A DNA stretch of 64,000 bases, taken from assembly GCF_018977255.1 (NCBI RefSeq), contig NW_024704742.1:46068001-46132000 (forward strand). Reading direction: 5' to 3'. Positions 36,438-50,084 of the stretch are shown one piece after another. The DNA comes from Callorhinchus milii. Its lineage: Eukaryota. Position numbers and translations under genes: made by a program. The notes under the pieces were generated by a model. That model searched no databases, was not told the DNA's origin, and saw nothing but the letters and a program-made list of their open reading frames with translations. Position 1 is the stretch's first letter, and the number at the start of each line of letters is the position of its first letter.

Positions 36438-39400
36438 TCAGCAAGACTGAGAGCAAGAAGAGCATCAGGGGGATGTCCATCTCCATTGCATGTGGGTAAT
36501 TTATATTATGGAATAATAGTGGAATCTAATTTTTAATGGTAAGTTTGACGTGTTTGGTTTACTGGAATTACAGCTTCCTGACGAAAATGCTCAACCACTT
36601 TCTTGCACCAATGGAATGGTAAGCACCAGAAAAGACTACTACATTCCTTGTGGCCAGTCTTATTTTCAAGTGCATCTCTCTCTATGTTTCCCATAACCAT
36701 ACCCCAATCCTCTTCACCATCAAAAATCTACCCTCTGTGAAAATATCCACATAATCAGTCTCTAAAACTACACTGGACAAAACTGTTCAACATGTTAGGT
36801 ATCCTCTGAGTAAAATAATTTCATCTAACCTGTCTAATATGTACCCTGCTTTTGAATTTCAAGTAATCCAAGACGTGTGTGAAGAGCACTTTATAAATGC
36901 AAGTCGTTGTTGTTTTTATATTGAATTTGAGACCATGCCTCAAATGTTGTTTATTTCATACTGGAAAGATAATACTGAAAAAAAGCTGTTGAATAATTAT
37001 TGCATCAAATTTTGTGCTCCTCAGTTGAAGTTGGATGTGCATTCTTTTGAAATGTTATGGGGCTCAAGTGCATCATTAATTGCATCAGAAATTTGAAGTA
37101 CTTATTACTGGAGGTGCATTGCCAGTGGGAGATATTTGTGTTCATGCTAATGAAATCCCACATCACAGCATTCAGACGTGAAGCTTGCTGAATTGATTTT
37201 GTTAGTGCTTCTTTCAAACCAGCCTTTTTCTCCCAATTCTTACACAAAATATAATATCAGAGCTTAAGTGCTCAGTAATTCATCATTGGCACATATTGTT
37301 GTGTTTTGTTTTCTTATCTATTTTACATAATGTGTGAAGATTCATGATTTTTTTCTGCCTAAATATAGAACACTAAATTAATCAATAACTCCTCTGGATC
37401 TTCAATATGACGGAGCATGTCCATGGCTCAATATACTTACACTTTTCCTAAGTGTTACAATACATGATGTATTTATCTAAATATTATTCCATTGGCATCT
37501 TAAATAAAGCTAGAGTGAATTCATGCCAGAATTTGAGTCAACTGGTTGATGCACAGATCGACAGCTCTAATTATAGCATTTATCACGCCTAAGCCAGAAC
37601 TGCCATCGGTGCTGAAGTTGGGAGAATGCATGGGTCCCTCCGGATGTTTCATTACATAGCATCACAGAACACCTGCCACACCGGTCAGTGCATTTGTGAG
37701 ACTTTTACAAGCAGTGTTTGTTATGCTATCTTTACAAAGAGAAGCATGAAATTACAAAGTTTTTTCTGCTGCATTAAACCTCCCCCTTCGCTTGTTCTTC
37801 TCTCAGGATGCAGAACATTTGAATGTTAGTTTAATTATACATTCTCACTCTAATGTCGTATGAGTACTCGCAATTCTTTGGTATTACTTCCAGCAAAGTT
37901 AGGATGGTGTGTTTCTCTTTTTTCAATAAGCAGCGAAACATTGTAACCTTGGGGCATAATCATATATTATACGTTATCTTAAAATAACTGCTACTCAATG
38001 CTAAATGTACCCAAAAAAATGTAATACTGCAGGGAGAGCGCAACAAAATGCAGAAATCACAGTTATTAGTTTAGGTTAATGATTTGTTCTAGTTCACTTT
38101 CACCATCTGCACAATCTGCATATGACCTTTACTTTTTATTAACAGTTTATTGGAATTTTGCATTTCAGCAAACACATTTGCAAAGGGCAATTTGCACAGT
38201 GTATTGACATTTATACAGACAGTTATAAAAGATAGATTTTTAACTGTTTGGTTATCTTAAACTATTTTTGCGACTTCCTGGAATGATCTTAACTGCTAAA
38301 AGACAGACGTTCAGCAGCTTCACACTTGTTCACTCAGACCAGCAAATGAAAATAGCAGCCACATACACTGTAAAAAGGACAAACTAGGAATTTCAGGAAA
38401 TACTTATTCCGAGTGATCTCTGCTCATAATAATCCTTGGATATGGTACTGTACCTTTAAAATCAAACCATCCTAAAGCCCTTCAAATAATTGGTGTTCAG
38501 TAGTGGGTTTAGTGTTGATAAGCAAACACCATGGCCACTTTGTAGCATCAAATTCCTGCAAACAGCCAGGAAATGAAGGAACAATTTATCTGGAACATTG
38601 TTGGCCAGTACACAGGGCATTGATTTAGTGAAGTCCATCTCCTTATATTTGATATAAATTCTTATCAAGTTAATGACACAGCCAGCCAGCCTGGTTCATC
38701 AGGAGGATTCAAAGGAGGAGACCAGTCACTGGGGCTGGGATTCCCTTTGGTTCCTGTTAACCCTGCAATCTAAAGTCCTAATGGGTAAGGTGGTCCTAGG
38801 TTGATCAATAGCGCAAAGCTTACCAGATATTGCTTTCGAAAGCAAACTAATCCAACACCCCTAACACATATTCCCCAAGCTTTGGCTCTTACTAACCTTT
38901 GCCTCAAAGGTTTCTGTAATAAGGGTGCATTCTTTCAGGTAGAGAGTGCTCATTCCATTTCACATACAGGGAAAAGTCCATGGGGAGGTGTCATTCATAT
39001 GTGGAACTCTGTCCGATGATGAGTTTCTGCTTGTGTCAGGCACTCTGTTGACCATAACTAAAAAGATATAAACTTTTACCACATTGCTAACATACCTACA
39101 TGTGCAATTCATAACCAGTGGTGGTTCTGTGAGTATCCTATGCATTAAGTTCTCTTTCTTCTTTCAAAATGCCAAGAATTCCATTGCAAGAGATGGGATG
39201 AAACATATTCTTTCTAACTCTTAATAGCTCATTGAGGTGGTTTGTCTTGAACTGGGTGCTGGCAAACTACAATAAAAAGATAATATGCTATATTTCATAT
39301 TTTAAAATATGCTATATGCAATTGCTAATGAAGTGACAGTGTGTTTTAGGATGAGTAAATCTACACCCTACTGTGTATAAAGAAGATCAAGCAAGCTTTT

Positions 39401-41104
39401 ACTCAACAACCTAATCCCTTTAATGTATAGACAGTCTGTTGACAAACTAAACTACAAAGTCCCATACAAGGTAATGAAAACACTTGGTAAAGTTAGAGAT
39501 TAATTAAGAAATTGAGTAAAATGGAAGCTAAATCTACTTTTCTCAACCTGTGCAATGCCTGACATTTTTTACTTGACTTGCTGGTATAGAATACTAACAA
39601 GTGTTTCATTAGTATAAGGAGGATCTTCACATCCCAGTGCTAGCTGGTCATCTTCACCCATGAATACAAAATTTACTCATTTCTATGCAAGTCTGTTCTT
39701 CTCATGAGGACCTAATCTTGCTTCTCACAGGGCATACAAATGTGGTGCTACTTCCTCCATCAGTGAAAACACCTCCTTCAAAGATGATGTGCTCCAGCAA
39801 CAGAAAGACTTACAGCTGCAGTTTATTTACAAGCATTAAACTGTCAATGATTCTGCCTCTAATCTCCACCCTCTGTAAATATTTTTAATGATTCCCAAAC
39901 TGCTGGAAGAGCTTCACCTGTAAAACAATTCCTTATCAGTTATCTTACCTAGTAACAGATTCCTTCCATCTTTGGGTCTTTGTGTTATCAATGTCATAAC
40001 CTTAAGATCATCGTCTTAAAATTTAAGATTGTGCAGAATTTTGAAAAAATATTTAATTCAATCCTAATTTTTATTGAATAATTGTGACAAAACAGCTTCA
40101 GGATTAATACTGGATTGAAGAATTCTCCAAATGTAGCATTATCTTAAGCATTCAGCCCAAGAACATGAAAAAAATTGGGCCACTTTACTTATACAATTCT
40201 AAATAGCTCAGCAAATGAATAACATTACAGAAACAGAATTGATGAGATTGTTGGGTCTCATTTAGGGTAAACAATAACTTACAATTCTATTCCAACCAGT
40301 ATAAAGCCGATATGGTCTGCGATTGCCTCTAGACATTTTAAAAACATGTTTTATCTGCTACATTCTTTAATTCCATTGCATTCCATTGCTCCAGACTCTC
40401 ATTAAACCTCTGTACACAGTAAAAGTGTGTACGAACTAATCAGTATACAATCAATGTACAATGACTAACGTGACAAACTCTGGTGTCCTCTTCTTGAATT
40501 GAGTAGTCCACAAATTGGAAGCTTCACAAATTGAATAAGTCAAAGCTTTAAAGAACAAATAGGCATAAGGAAGCGGAAAACCTGTCCAAAAAAAACACTT
40601 AATTGTGAGGGGAAACAACACAGAACACAGAATTCAGGCAAATGACCAGTCTGCACAGAAAGAGAGAGAGACAGAGAGAGAAGAAAGGCAACCTGTTTCA
40701 CATTGTTTTAAAGAGAGCCTGCTGCTGAAAACACATTTGAATCTACTTCATGGCCGTCTGCGGGAAATTGTTGTGTGAAAATTGCCTACGATATTCACCT
40801 AATAATCAGAAGTCACTGAGCTTTGCAGGAAATCATGTGAAGTACCTTGAAACATTTTAGTGATATGATAAGGCAATGATTTTTTGATTATTAATGATAA
40901 TTGTGTATAATTTCTTTTATTTGTGTTTATTCTGTATTTTCTTTTCTGCCTTTTGCTTGGGGGTTTACAATTTGTGCTTTGTATAAAATATTACCTTCAT
41001 TTCAGTAATTTATTAATTAAACTAGTATTATTATTAGTAGTAAGTAGGACAGTAATAATAAATTATAATTAATAATAATCATAGTAATAATTATTAGCAG
41101 TAAT

Positions 41105-41332
41105 GGGAACCCAGTTGTCTTCCAGGGATAATAATCTCTTTATAAAAAAGATAAGAATTTGACTCACTGAATCCACAACATTTTGTGGGACACTACTGCA
41201 AGTAATTGGCTGCCGCGTTTCACCCACAAAATACATAGTCAATTCACGTTACAATATGTTCTATGAAGCACTTTGAGACACCTCTAATGTGCGATAAGGT
41301 GCAATATCAAATGCAAGGATTATTATTATAAT
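41105..41332 (+). mobile_element. SINE 3' portion (long-variant type)
   Basis: GGAACCCAGTT, GGGATAATAAT, TTTGTGGGACAC, ATTGGCTGCCGCGTTT and tail ATCAAATGCAAGG(ATT)n. Confidence 0.8.
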
Positions 41333-42674
41333 TCGAAATCTTCAATTTGTTGAGATTATCGCTATTTTTGCCATCTAAATGTAGGGTCATTGAAAAAAAA
41401 TCTTGGATTGTGAATTGTCCATTCAAGGCCAGTGTCATTTGTATCTACAGAAAATGAGCAGATATTGGACAGGTTTGAGAGGAGCAAACTTTGGTGCAGG
41501 GTAAAATGGTGAAAGTAAGCCATATATAGAGGACATTGACGAAGCTGAAACCAAGCAAATGTACAAAATCATGACAGCCTCCTTGAAATGATCTGATAAC
41601 TGACCCAAAAGCCTGTTATGTCTTTGATTCTGTTGTAGGTATGTTGCATGCATTTCTCACAGTGATATGCACTATGAAATGTAATTACCCTAATGATTAT
41701 GATCCAATCCATTTTGGATTTCAAACAAACAATGACATGAAACCCACAAACCGTTGATAACTATTGCAGGTGTTAACCTAATCATTGAAATCCACGAGTG
41801 CCTACATTGTCTGGGCAATAAGAATGGACATAACTGGCTTTCAGGATGAGGAAATGAGGGATGATATACTTTGTGACACAGCACAGACTTCATCAGTTTA
41901 CTAAGATAATGGATGAAACAAGACATGAAAATGAAAATGACAGTGAAATAAGAATGTAAGGGATTGTTCTAAACTCCAGCATTTCAAGAGGCAAAACTCT
42001 ACACTTCCACTAAATGTAAAGAGTAAACAGTCCTTAACAAAAGCCCTCACTTCTTTTCATATATAAGTGTTGCAGATGTGGAAAGAACCAACCATGACAG
42101 AGTATTTGACGGCTGAATACCAAATGCTCTGTTGTGGAACAGGCACACAGAGGAAGTTATTTTTAAAGAAAGTAAGCAAGTGCATGGACATCGTTTCATG
42201 ATCTGCATGAATAAACATTACTGTGGCGAACCCTTTCAAGATCTGGTGCTGCAAGCATTAGGCTAATCCTCAAATACTGCCACCAGGTCATCGCTATTAT
42301 ACAGCAAAGTACATCAAAGGAAAAGTTTAACATGTTCAAAGCGTTGTATCAGTACCCATTATGATGCACTTCATGGATGAGAGAAAATATCTGGGATACA
42401 GAACAAACAAGTGCACAAGGAAGTAAAAAACATAAATGAAAGTGACTTACACTGTTCCAAGAAAGATTCAATTCCATCCATTTATTTCATCGCTGAACAC
42501 CAATTTATGGCATGCATGTTCAGGTATTTGGATAACTATTTAAAGTGGTTGATTAGATGGGCAGATTACAAATTCTTATCTCTCCGAATATTAGATTCTC
42601 AGATGCCTCAATGAATTCATTCAGAGTGTTCAATACAGCTATTAAGGAAATAAAGTGACCAATGATTCCACAAA

Positions 42675-43210
42675 TAAAATTGGTCAATCACCAATTGTGT
42701 TGTGGTGAATGACTAATTTGTTTGTGGTACATTCCTGTGTATAAATCAGCTGCTGCATTTAGCTACAAAATACACCGTCGCTACACTTTACAATGTATCT
42801 TGTGAAGCATTTCAAAATATCCTCCTGATGTGAAAAGTATTATATCAAATGCAAAGATTATTACTTTTTTTAAAATTTGGGATCAGTTTGCCACAGTTTC
42901 TTCAAAAAACAAATTTAAGACTAAATTTGAATTTCCATACATTCTGTCCCACAAACAGCCTTGAAGGAAATGATCAATTTATCGGGGGATTGGTGGTCAG
43001 GGCACCTCTTTCGAAATAGTGCCATGGGATTTTTAATGTCTGTCTGAACAGGAAGACGAGATCTGGGTTTATCATTTTGTCTGAAGGATGACATCTATGC
43101 AATACTCCCCAACACTGCCTTGACTATGAGCTCACAATCCCAAAGAATGATTGCAACCATAAATTTCTAACCTCAAGGCAAGAGTGAAACCAACCGATCA
43201 GGCTGACACC
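42675..43210. mobile_element. Two Deu-type SINE fragments: 3' half (+, about 42675-42866) and 5' portion (-, about 42945-43210)
   Basis: AAATTGGTCA...CAAATGCAAAGATTATT; then AATAGTGCCATGGGAT, CTGAACAGG and CAGGCTGACACC. Confidence 0.7.
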
Positions 43211-45763
43211 TATGTAATGTGAAATGTAGCATGGAAACGCTACATAAGCACATAAAAAAGAAAATTTGGAAGTTGTAGCTTTATAATGAAATCATGCATA
43301 CTTTTTATAAATTTTCCAAAATTATGATTGTGAAAAGGTGTTGTTCTGACCAAATGAAAAAAATAGTAACACACTTCACGGTCATTCACATAGAAGCTGT
43401 ATTTTGCCTAAAAGTTCCATTAGTTAATTATCTTGAATTGTATTTGAATGTGAAAAAATGCCATTACCACTAAAATATTACTAACAAACCAGCAACTGTA
43501 ATGAAAAATTATGCAAATGAATGCAAGCTACTTTTTTTGAAAATAAGTTAAATCCAGCTCTAATATTTCACATCAAATGATTGATTTTGATATAATTTCT
43601 CAATGATAGCTAACTCTGATCAAGTAGCGAGCCACCTGAAGAAGACAATTCTCAGCCAGTGTAAGGATGAGTGGGTACAAGGTGTCATTGTTATTTAGTG
43701 CTTCAAGTGGAATGGGATCAATGTTCTAATCTCCACAGCGAGGATATCATCATAAATCACAGAATGGTGTGACATCAGGTTTTACTCCAAATTCATTATT
43801 GTTAAAATGCAACGTGCTTGAGCAGAAAATAAGGTGAATTTATGTTGATATATAGAGGTATCATTATCACCTGGCTGCTTTGAGACATGCTGGTTTTAGA
43901 ACCAATTAAAAGCACATCATATCTCAGTTATTAATGCTTAATTCTTCCAGTTAACTTGCAAATGTTACAAAGGCAAAACACACAAATTATTAGATACAAG
44001 TCGAAAACAGCTGTCTTACAATACATTTTGCAAATAGGTTGAAGTATTCAATGTTGAACTTTCCCACGTTAACATCGATAATTAATGCACAATTTATTAT
44101 TGTTCTTTGATGCTCATTCTTAAAAATGTTTTACATTTATTTATAAAGAGGTCAATCTTGTTATCTTTGGAGCTAAAGGCAAAACATTCACTTTTGCAGG
44201 GGATTAATTGTCTTTTTTAATGATTAGTTGCTTTTCTTAGATATAACAACTCATGGCTGTACGCAAATCGACTGCCATGTTCACCTTCAGCAATATACAG
44301 TCTCTCCCCTTTACAGTAAAACTCTGTGAAATGTTTTGAGACATCCTCCGTTATGTAAGGGAGGAACATTAAATGTAAGGAAATAATTGTCATTAATATG
44401 CATATAAAATGGGAATAATTTGAGTTGGGGGTCATTCAGCTAAGTAATTTTTTGGCTAAAACAGTATGCTGTTGAATGCAATCTGACATATCTTTAAGTA
44501 CCACTAGATTTTAGAATATTTCCATCACCTCACACACCCACATACTTTGAAAAAATATTTGAGCTAAAAATTTCTTTGTTCCATTTGTTGTTTCTGATTG
44601 AGCTCTCAGTGCAGTTAAATAATGGATACACATCTTAAATCAATCGGTATCTGCTGAAGAGGGATTCAACAACAACAATAACAACTTGGATTTATATGGC
44701 GCACTCCACGCCAGACGGCAACTCAGAGTGCTTTTCAAATGCAGCTTACACCTCAGAATCATACTAAATCATGTTAAGAAATCATTGCTTAAACATCAAT
44801 CTAAAATTTCAACGTAAATGCCATCAGACTAAACCATTGTGCTAAACGTCGAGCGATTCTCATTTTCAAATTTGTCAAAAGTTAAGAAATTTTTAATCAT
44901 AATTTTCAGCAAAGTCAATGATAATTATGGCATTAAATTTTGCAGTTTCCATCCCATTGTTATGAATGTGTTTGCCCACAAAATACATAGTCACTATACT
45001 GTACAGTAGATCTTGTGATATTCTTGGAGCATACTTCTGTTGTGAAAAGTGCTGAATATCAAATGTAAGGATTATTATTATGAATAGCCAATCCAGAGGT
45101 TTACCATTTTCTTTTCTTTTCTGCATTGCCAAGTGTTTTTAAAGGAAACAGTATGTATGTTTTAAGACTATAAGATTTCAGAGGAGAAGCGTAAAGCTAG
45201 GTTCAGGGATACAGATTCTGCTGCATTAGTGAGCTGTGAGCACAACTACCCTAATGAATAGGATACATGTCTGTCAAAATAAATAACATGGCTGTACTAT
45301 GGATTAAAAATTGACATAGTGAATTCATAAAAGTGCTGTGTTGTAGAAAACAGTGCAATCAGGGATTCGCAGAATCAAGCAGGTGAAAAAAAAGTCTGCT
45401 TTTATTGTGTTGTCAGAAATGTGACATTCATAGTATGATAAATGCATGCAGCAAATTAATTTATATTAAAATTTTGAAAAGGCAGAAAAACAAAAAAAAG
45501 TGTTGCTGGATAAAATTTCTGATGAACCTTCAGCAAAGTTGAAGATTTCAGTTTGCTGTCACATAGAGCATGCATTTCTTCTGTACAATGTTGAACATAA
45601 CAACATAATTTAAATACTACAAAAATAAAACAATGATTTCACTCAAATGTCTGTTTATTGTCATATTTAATGCACCAGGATTTCCTGCTGAATATGAGTC
45701 AGAGCTGTGACATAGTTGTCATAAATAAATAAATCTTAATTTCTTGAGTGGATAACAAATAAA

Positions 45764-46126
45764 GGAGTCCTATATCTTAACGGTTAGAGCAGTCACCTCT
45801 CAAGCAAGAGGACCTGGGTTCCATTCCCTGGCAGGGCAAAACATTGGGTAATCTTTACTCCACATGCCTTTATTCACCTAGCTGTAAGTAGGAACCAGTT
45901 TTTAGTCGATTGTCGGATTGCTTTTCCGGGGATAATAATTCCTTCAAAATATTATTATATTTGGTCACTGAATCCATAACTGTTTGTCAGATACTGCTGT
46001 GTGCAATTGGCTGCTACTTTTCTTTCACAAAGTATACAGTCAATTCACTTTACAGTATATTCTGTGAAATGCTTTGAGATGTCTTGAAGATGTAATAAGG
46101 TGCTATACCAAATGCAAGGATTATTA
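45764..46126 (+). mobile_element. tRNA(Ala)-like SINE, long variant, full length
   Basis: GGAGTCCT head, GGTTAGAGC, CTGGGTTCCATTCC; extra segment at 45870-45930; Deu 3' half; AAATGCAAGGATTATT tail. Confidence 0.88.
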
Positions 46127-48163
46127 ACTCAATTTGCTTGGCACAGTGATAAATGCTGCAAATGGCTTGTAAAGGTTAATACATAACCACATTTAAATGC
46201 AAGTACCTAGGTTGTGTATTCCATGTCAGTCAAAAGACAATATCGAAAGACAGAACACAATGCTTATCAAAAAGGATAATTTTACAAATATTCAACTATT
46301 ACTTTCTTATGATTTCCAGGAGAACCACAGGAGAATGTTGGGGAAGTCATCAGGATAATTATTGAAAGAGAACGAGTGTTGAGAAACAGTTAATGAAACT
46401 CAAGGTGGGAAAGTCATTGGGTCCTGATGTTTGAATCTAAGAATGTGGAGCAAAGTTCGAGAAGAGAAAATTGCAGTTCTGACCATAATGGTTAAAACTT
46501 CTTCAGAAACAAATGTTACAAATATAATGGATAGAAATGTTTAACCTACAAGGAACCTGTCTGGCTTTTTTACAGGCATCAGATTCACAATTCATTTGCT
46601 GCCAATTTTGTATTCCAATATTCACAAACTAAAAGTCGCAATAGATCATGTTTTAGGAATATCATCTTTTAGATCTCTATTTTCCATGGCTAATGCTCAC
46701 TCCCATTGTGCTTTATCCTACCTTGTGGGTATATAATTGTTGTGATACAAAGTGCTTTGAGACGTCCTCCTAATGTGAAAGGTGCTAGATAAATATAAAT
46801 TGTATTGTAGCTGCGTGAGCCTTCAGCAGCACCATCATGGAAGGTAACTTCTGCAAGGAGCATGAAGGGATCAATGGTATATCCTAATGGTGGAATACTG
46901 GCATTTCCAGTGACTTGAAGAATTATTGGAATATACTTTGTGTTATTTCTTAATTTTATATCTTTCTGTGGAAAGGGGTATAAGTTTAGAGTTGTGACGG
47001 GTAATTTTAGAAAAGACAGCAAGAAGTATTTCTTCACACAGAGAGAAATGAACAGCTGGAAAAGATTAACGTAAAAGGGAGGTAGAGGCCAGGCCACTGG
47101 ACTCATTTAAGGAACAGCCTGTAATGGTAGATTTGTTATTCGGAAAGGAAAGTGTCTATGGGTTGAAAGATTTTCTTTATCAAACCTCTCTTTTGATCTT
47201 ATGACACCATCCATACCAGTTACCTTGGCAAATCTCCCAATTGTAATTTCATAGCAAGATAGATGGCTATTACAATTTGGTTAAATACACTTTCAAAACA
47301 AAATTGTTATAATCATAGCATTGAATGTCTGAGGGGAAAACATAAATATTAATGACAGAAACTCAGGATTGGGGTTAAGCTATGCTACCACATTAGTAAA
47401 ATGCCATAGCAGTTTCAGGTTGAACTATTATTGACACTGGATTCATTTAAAAAATATTGTAACTCGAAGCTGTGATGGGTGAAAACATGGAGATTGATAT
47501 TCTGGAAGAATGAGATCACATAGACCAAGAGGTTTTATAATCTAGATATTTCTTGCAATCTCTTGCAATTATTTTAATTAGTCAATTCTCTCAATTAATT
47601 CAGGAACTTTTTTTAGAGGATGTTAATGAGCCTAAGATGCTGTCAAATTGCTTTGATTTCGTGCCATCAATTTGTTCAGGAAACCAAAGGGTAAACAGAT
47701 TGATGTTGAGGTCAGATTGAATGTTGCTCTGAAGTGGTCAATTTTCAAGCAGTGTTGACAAGCAGAAGCGTCTACGGAGAAAAAAATATTAATATCTAAC
47801 AGCATTCAAGCTGTATTACTAATGACAGAAAATTGTAATGTTCCTGTTTAAAATGAGCACCAGTTTGACTACATTGGTACTGGATTGTACCAGCAGAAGC
47901 AGAATAACTGCTAATGTTGATACATTTGTAATTCCTTTGTGTCATGCTTTCTAGTGCAAGATAGTTTGCAAGTTTAAGTCCTCGCTTATTCTAAAAGTAT
48001 GGAAAATGTTAGTCTCATTCTGTGTCTGTCCCCTGCTAAAAATAAGAAGGATGTCAAAGGTAATGTTCATTTTTGCCAGTAACATGAGCCTGCACAGAAT
48101 GATTAGCTCATCATCTCAAAGGCAACCAGGGTTCAGAATACAAACTTTTCCAGTCAGCTACAT

Positions 48164-49845
48164 ACAACAACAACAAAATTATATCAGGACCCAAGCGTGG
48201 GGGTGCAGGTTTGAGATGAAGAATGGAAGAGAAGTGGGAGGGCAGCTGAAGGCATGGTCGAAAAGCAGGGTCTTGAGATGTGCCTTGAAGGAAGCAAGAG
48301 AAGATTGTGGGATGGAGTTCCAAAGGATGGGGTCAGAGAGGCTGAAAGCCTGGCTGCCGATGGTGGGGCGGGTCGGGTGGGAGACATGGAGCAGCCCAGA
48401 GCCTCCTGAATGGAGGGAGAGGACAGGTTGATAGGTGGTTAACAGGTCAGTGATGTAGGAGGGGGCAAGACCATGGAGGGCCTTGAAAGTGTGGATGAGG
48501 ATTTTAAGTTCTATCCACTGGGGGATGGGGAGCCAGTGGAGTCGGGCGATGATGGGGGTGATGGGGGCACGGAGCCTGGTGCAGGACAGGATATGAGCTG
48601 CAGAGTTCTGGATAATCTACAGTTTGTGGAGGGAAGAGTTGAGGAGGCTGATAAGGAGGGAGTTTACGTGCCATCAATTTGTTCAGGAAACCAAAGAGGA
48701 AACAGGTTGATGTTGAGGTCAGATTGAATGTTGCTCTGAAGTGGTAGACGAGCCTTGAGGTGAAGAATGGGTGTATGAGTATGTTGGCGGCCTGAGGAGT
48801 GAGGCTGTGGGGGAGTTGGACAATGTTGCAGAGATGGGGAAAGGCAGAGTGCCTCGTGGCATGGATATGGTGAAAAAAGGACAGTTGAGGGTTGAACAAG
48901 ATGCCCAGGTTCCTGACTGGCTTGGTGCGGTGGAGTGTGAATTCATGGTGATGCTGTCCGCGCCTGAGGTGTGGAAGTGCTGGCACAAGTCAATCAGTAG
49001 GATCTCGGTCTTGCTGACATTCAACTGTAGAAAGTTGGCTCTCATCCAGGACTTGATGTATGACAGACAGTCTGTCAGAACGTCAGTTGCCCTGGAATCG
49101 AGTGTGGAGGCAGAGAGGTACAGTTGGGTATCATCCGCATACATATGGAAGTTGACCCCCTGTCTGTGGATGATGTCACCAAGCGGGAGCATGTAGAGGA
49201 TGAAGATTAGGGGATTGAGGACAGAGCCCTAAGGAACACCGCTCGAGTCTGTGTGGGGACTCGAAGAGAAACCATTGGTGGAGACAAATTGGAGACGATA
49301 TGACAGATAAGGTCTGAATCATTCAAGGACAGTACCTTGAAATTTGAGGTGAGAGGAGAGACAGTGGAGGAGGATGGAGTGGTCCATGGTATTGAAGGCA
49401 GCAAAAAGGTCAAGGAGTACGAGGAGGCAGAGGGAACCCTGTTCACAAATGGACAGGATGTCGTTTGTGACTTTCGCCAGAGCATTTTCCGTGTGGTAAG
49501 CAGCACAAAAAACAGATTGGAGGGGCCCGTGAAGGGAGTGGTAGGAAAGGAAGGAGTGAAGCTGGGAAGCAATGAATCAAGAAGCAAGGACTTTGGAAAG
49601 AAGAGGCAGGTTGGAAATGGGCCAGTAGTTAGAAAGCAGGCATGGGTCCAGGAAAGGTTTTTTCAGGATGGGGATGATTATAGGGGGATGGGAATGGTGC
49701 CAAATGTTACAGAGCGATTGATGGTGTTGGAGAGCAGAGGGGTGAGGAGGTGGAGCTGGGAGGTAAGTGGAGGGGTGAGGATAGGGTCAAGGTGTGTTTC
49801 ATGCTGGATATGGTGGTGATGAGAGAGGAGGGGAGACAAAATTGG
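48164..49845 (-). mobile_element. L2 LINE, 5'-truncated (~1.7 kb), carrying a foreign 79-bp insertion
   Basis: ORF 48719-49192 gives MLPLGDIIHRQGVNFHMYADDTQLYLS and IKSWMRANFLQLNVSKTE; (CAA)n tail at 48164. Confidence 0.95.
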
Positions 49846-50084
49846 ATATTGGTGAATAAATGTTGTGTTATCTCCAGTACAGAGAAGAACAACTCAATAA
49901 CTGTTAGGAAAGATTGTGGCATTTGGCCAAAAAGATATTAGATTTTCTTCAATTTTTAACATTCATTTCCTTGGTTTAATAATCACATTCAAATATTGCA
50001 AGAAACAAATAGAAGTATTAGTAATTGTCATGAAGATAATTAGCAGAAAAACAATTAATCAAAAAAGACCTACATGACAATGTC

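Noticed and set aside
39949..40014. 66-nt minus-strand exon-like segment (DDLKVMTLITQRPKDGRNLLL)
   Set aside because: Poor polypyrimidine tract; expected by chance in 64 kb.
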